A model generated the notes under the pieces. It made no database searches and was not told the DNA's origin. It worked only from the letters and a program-made list of their open reading frames with translations. This document shows positions 63,401 through 64,000 of a stretch of DNA of 64,000 nt, piece after piece. The DNA comes from Amphiscolops sp. MND2022. Taxonomy: Eukaryota. Location: NCBI GenBank assembly GCA_964187785.1, contig OZ076416.1:19964001-20028000 (forward strand), in the 5' to 3' direction. Positions within the stretch are counted from its first letter, which is position 1. Every line of letters begins with the position of its first letter. The translations under genes were made by a program, and so were the position numbers.

Positions 63401-64000
63401 CGTTCAGTCTGTACTCAGTCGATAGTTGAAACCGTGAAAAGCGACGGAGGATGACAATTATGTGTTCGCTGATGAACACCTTGATCGTTATTTAGAACTT
63501 CCTAGGTGTTCAGAAGACATTTGCCTCATGAATGGATGGTATGTTTCGATTCGAGCTTTGCGCTGAAGGTGACACAGAGCTTCGATTGAAAAACAGAAGT
63601 TGAAAATTTGACTTCCATTGAGACGGATGGAACTCGAATCGAGAATTTCGTTTCAGATTCTGATACGGACTCCCACAGATAGAACACAGATGACAGTAAC
63701 TTCTGTTGACATTTTGCCTGAAACAGTCGACCTGAGGCCCATTTGGCTCGACGAGAATGAATGCCGAGATCTAAATAAATCTTAATGAGAACCAATCTTT
63801 TGCATGTTGCAAGGAATGTCCAAAGCCGCAACAAAATGAGGATTTTTCTCCGACGGTGCTCGGCCAGGCAGGCAAATCTCATGCCATCATGCACTCTGAA
63901 ACGTTAGACAGATTTCGTTGATTTTGAAGCCTGTTCAGACGATGAAAGTTTGATTCTGCTTGCACCAACAGGCATGTGCCGCATCACACATCGATGCTTG
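57480..64000 (+). repeat. Higher-order tandem array (1078 + 301 = 1379 bp) derived from a PIF1-family helicase fragment
   Basis: The gaggatgac marker recurs with spacings of about 1089, 301, 1078, 301, 1078, 302. Long units encode AGTGKSHAINAL, LLAPTGM..SHIDACTIHSKL, VI(I/S)D*, IDLRLQQ and VELT across frameshifts. Confidence 0.85.
57539..58316 (+). mobile_element. 5'-truncated non-LTR retrotransposon (RTE-like ORF2 C-terminus with zinc fingers)
   Basis: WKNVDDKAKDRPLWKKLVKE post-RT helix; CEECGK...IHTKGMH, CEICNK...ARHWKTC, CPYCG...ARHQKSC. Flanked by a 28-bp direct repeat (57511-57538 and 58317-58344, 1 mismatch). Confidence 0.75.

Noticed and set aside
58353-63894. Recurrent minus-strand ORFs in the 1379-bp array
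   Set aside because: They are by-products of the repeat; recognisable motifs are on the plus strand.

Overview
AT-rich, repeat-saturated eukaryotic DNA, probably from an invertebrate animal (inferred from short GT-AG introns and animal-type transposons). It has two N gaps and no rRNA, tRNA or CRISPR. The main structure is a 43.1-kb element (8088-51194) with Polinton/Maverick-type ends: ~145-bp terminal inverted repeats starting AGTAGT and a perfect 6-bp target-site duplication (CCAACT). Removing it restores a repeat colinear with a second copy at 2323-2350. I found no polymerase, capsid, ATPase, protease or rve integrase inside it. Its interior is a scrambled, tandemly amplified mosaic of fragments of a few cargo genes: a divergent histone H3-like gene, an intron-containing SET-domain methyltransferase gene, a tyrosine-recombinase-like ORF, a C2H2 zinc-finger ORF and an unknown alpha/beta ORF family. 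It also holds a nested Penelope fragment and several minisatellite arrays. To its right lie a decayed BEL/Pao LTR retrotransposon (LTR, PBS, gag, protease), the polymerase C-terminus and probable right end of a second Polinton, a 5'-truncated RTE-like LINE with a 28-bp TSD, and a 1379-bp higher-order tandem array built from a PIF1-type helicase fragment. All protein assignments come from motif recognition by eye, not database searches.
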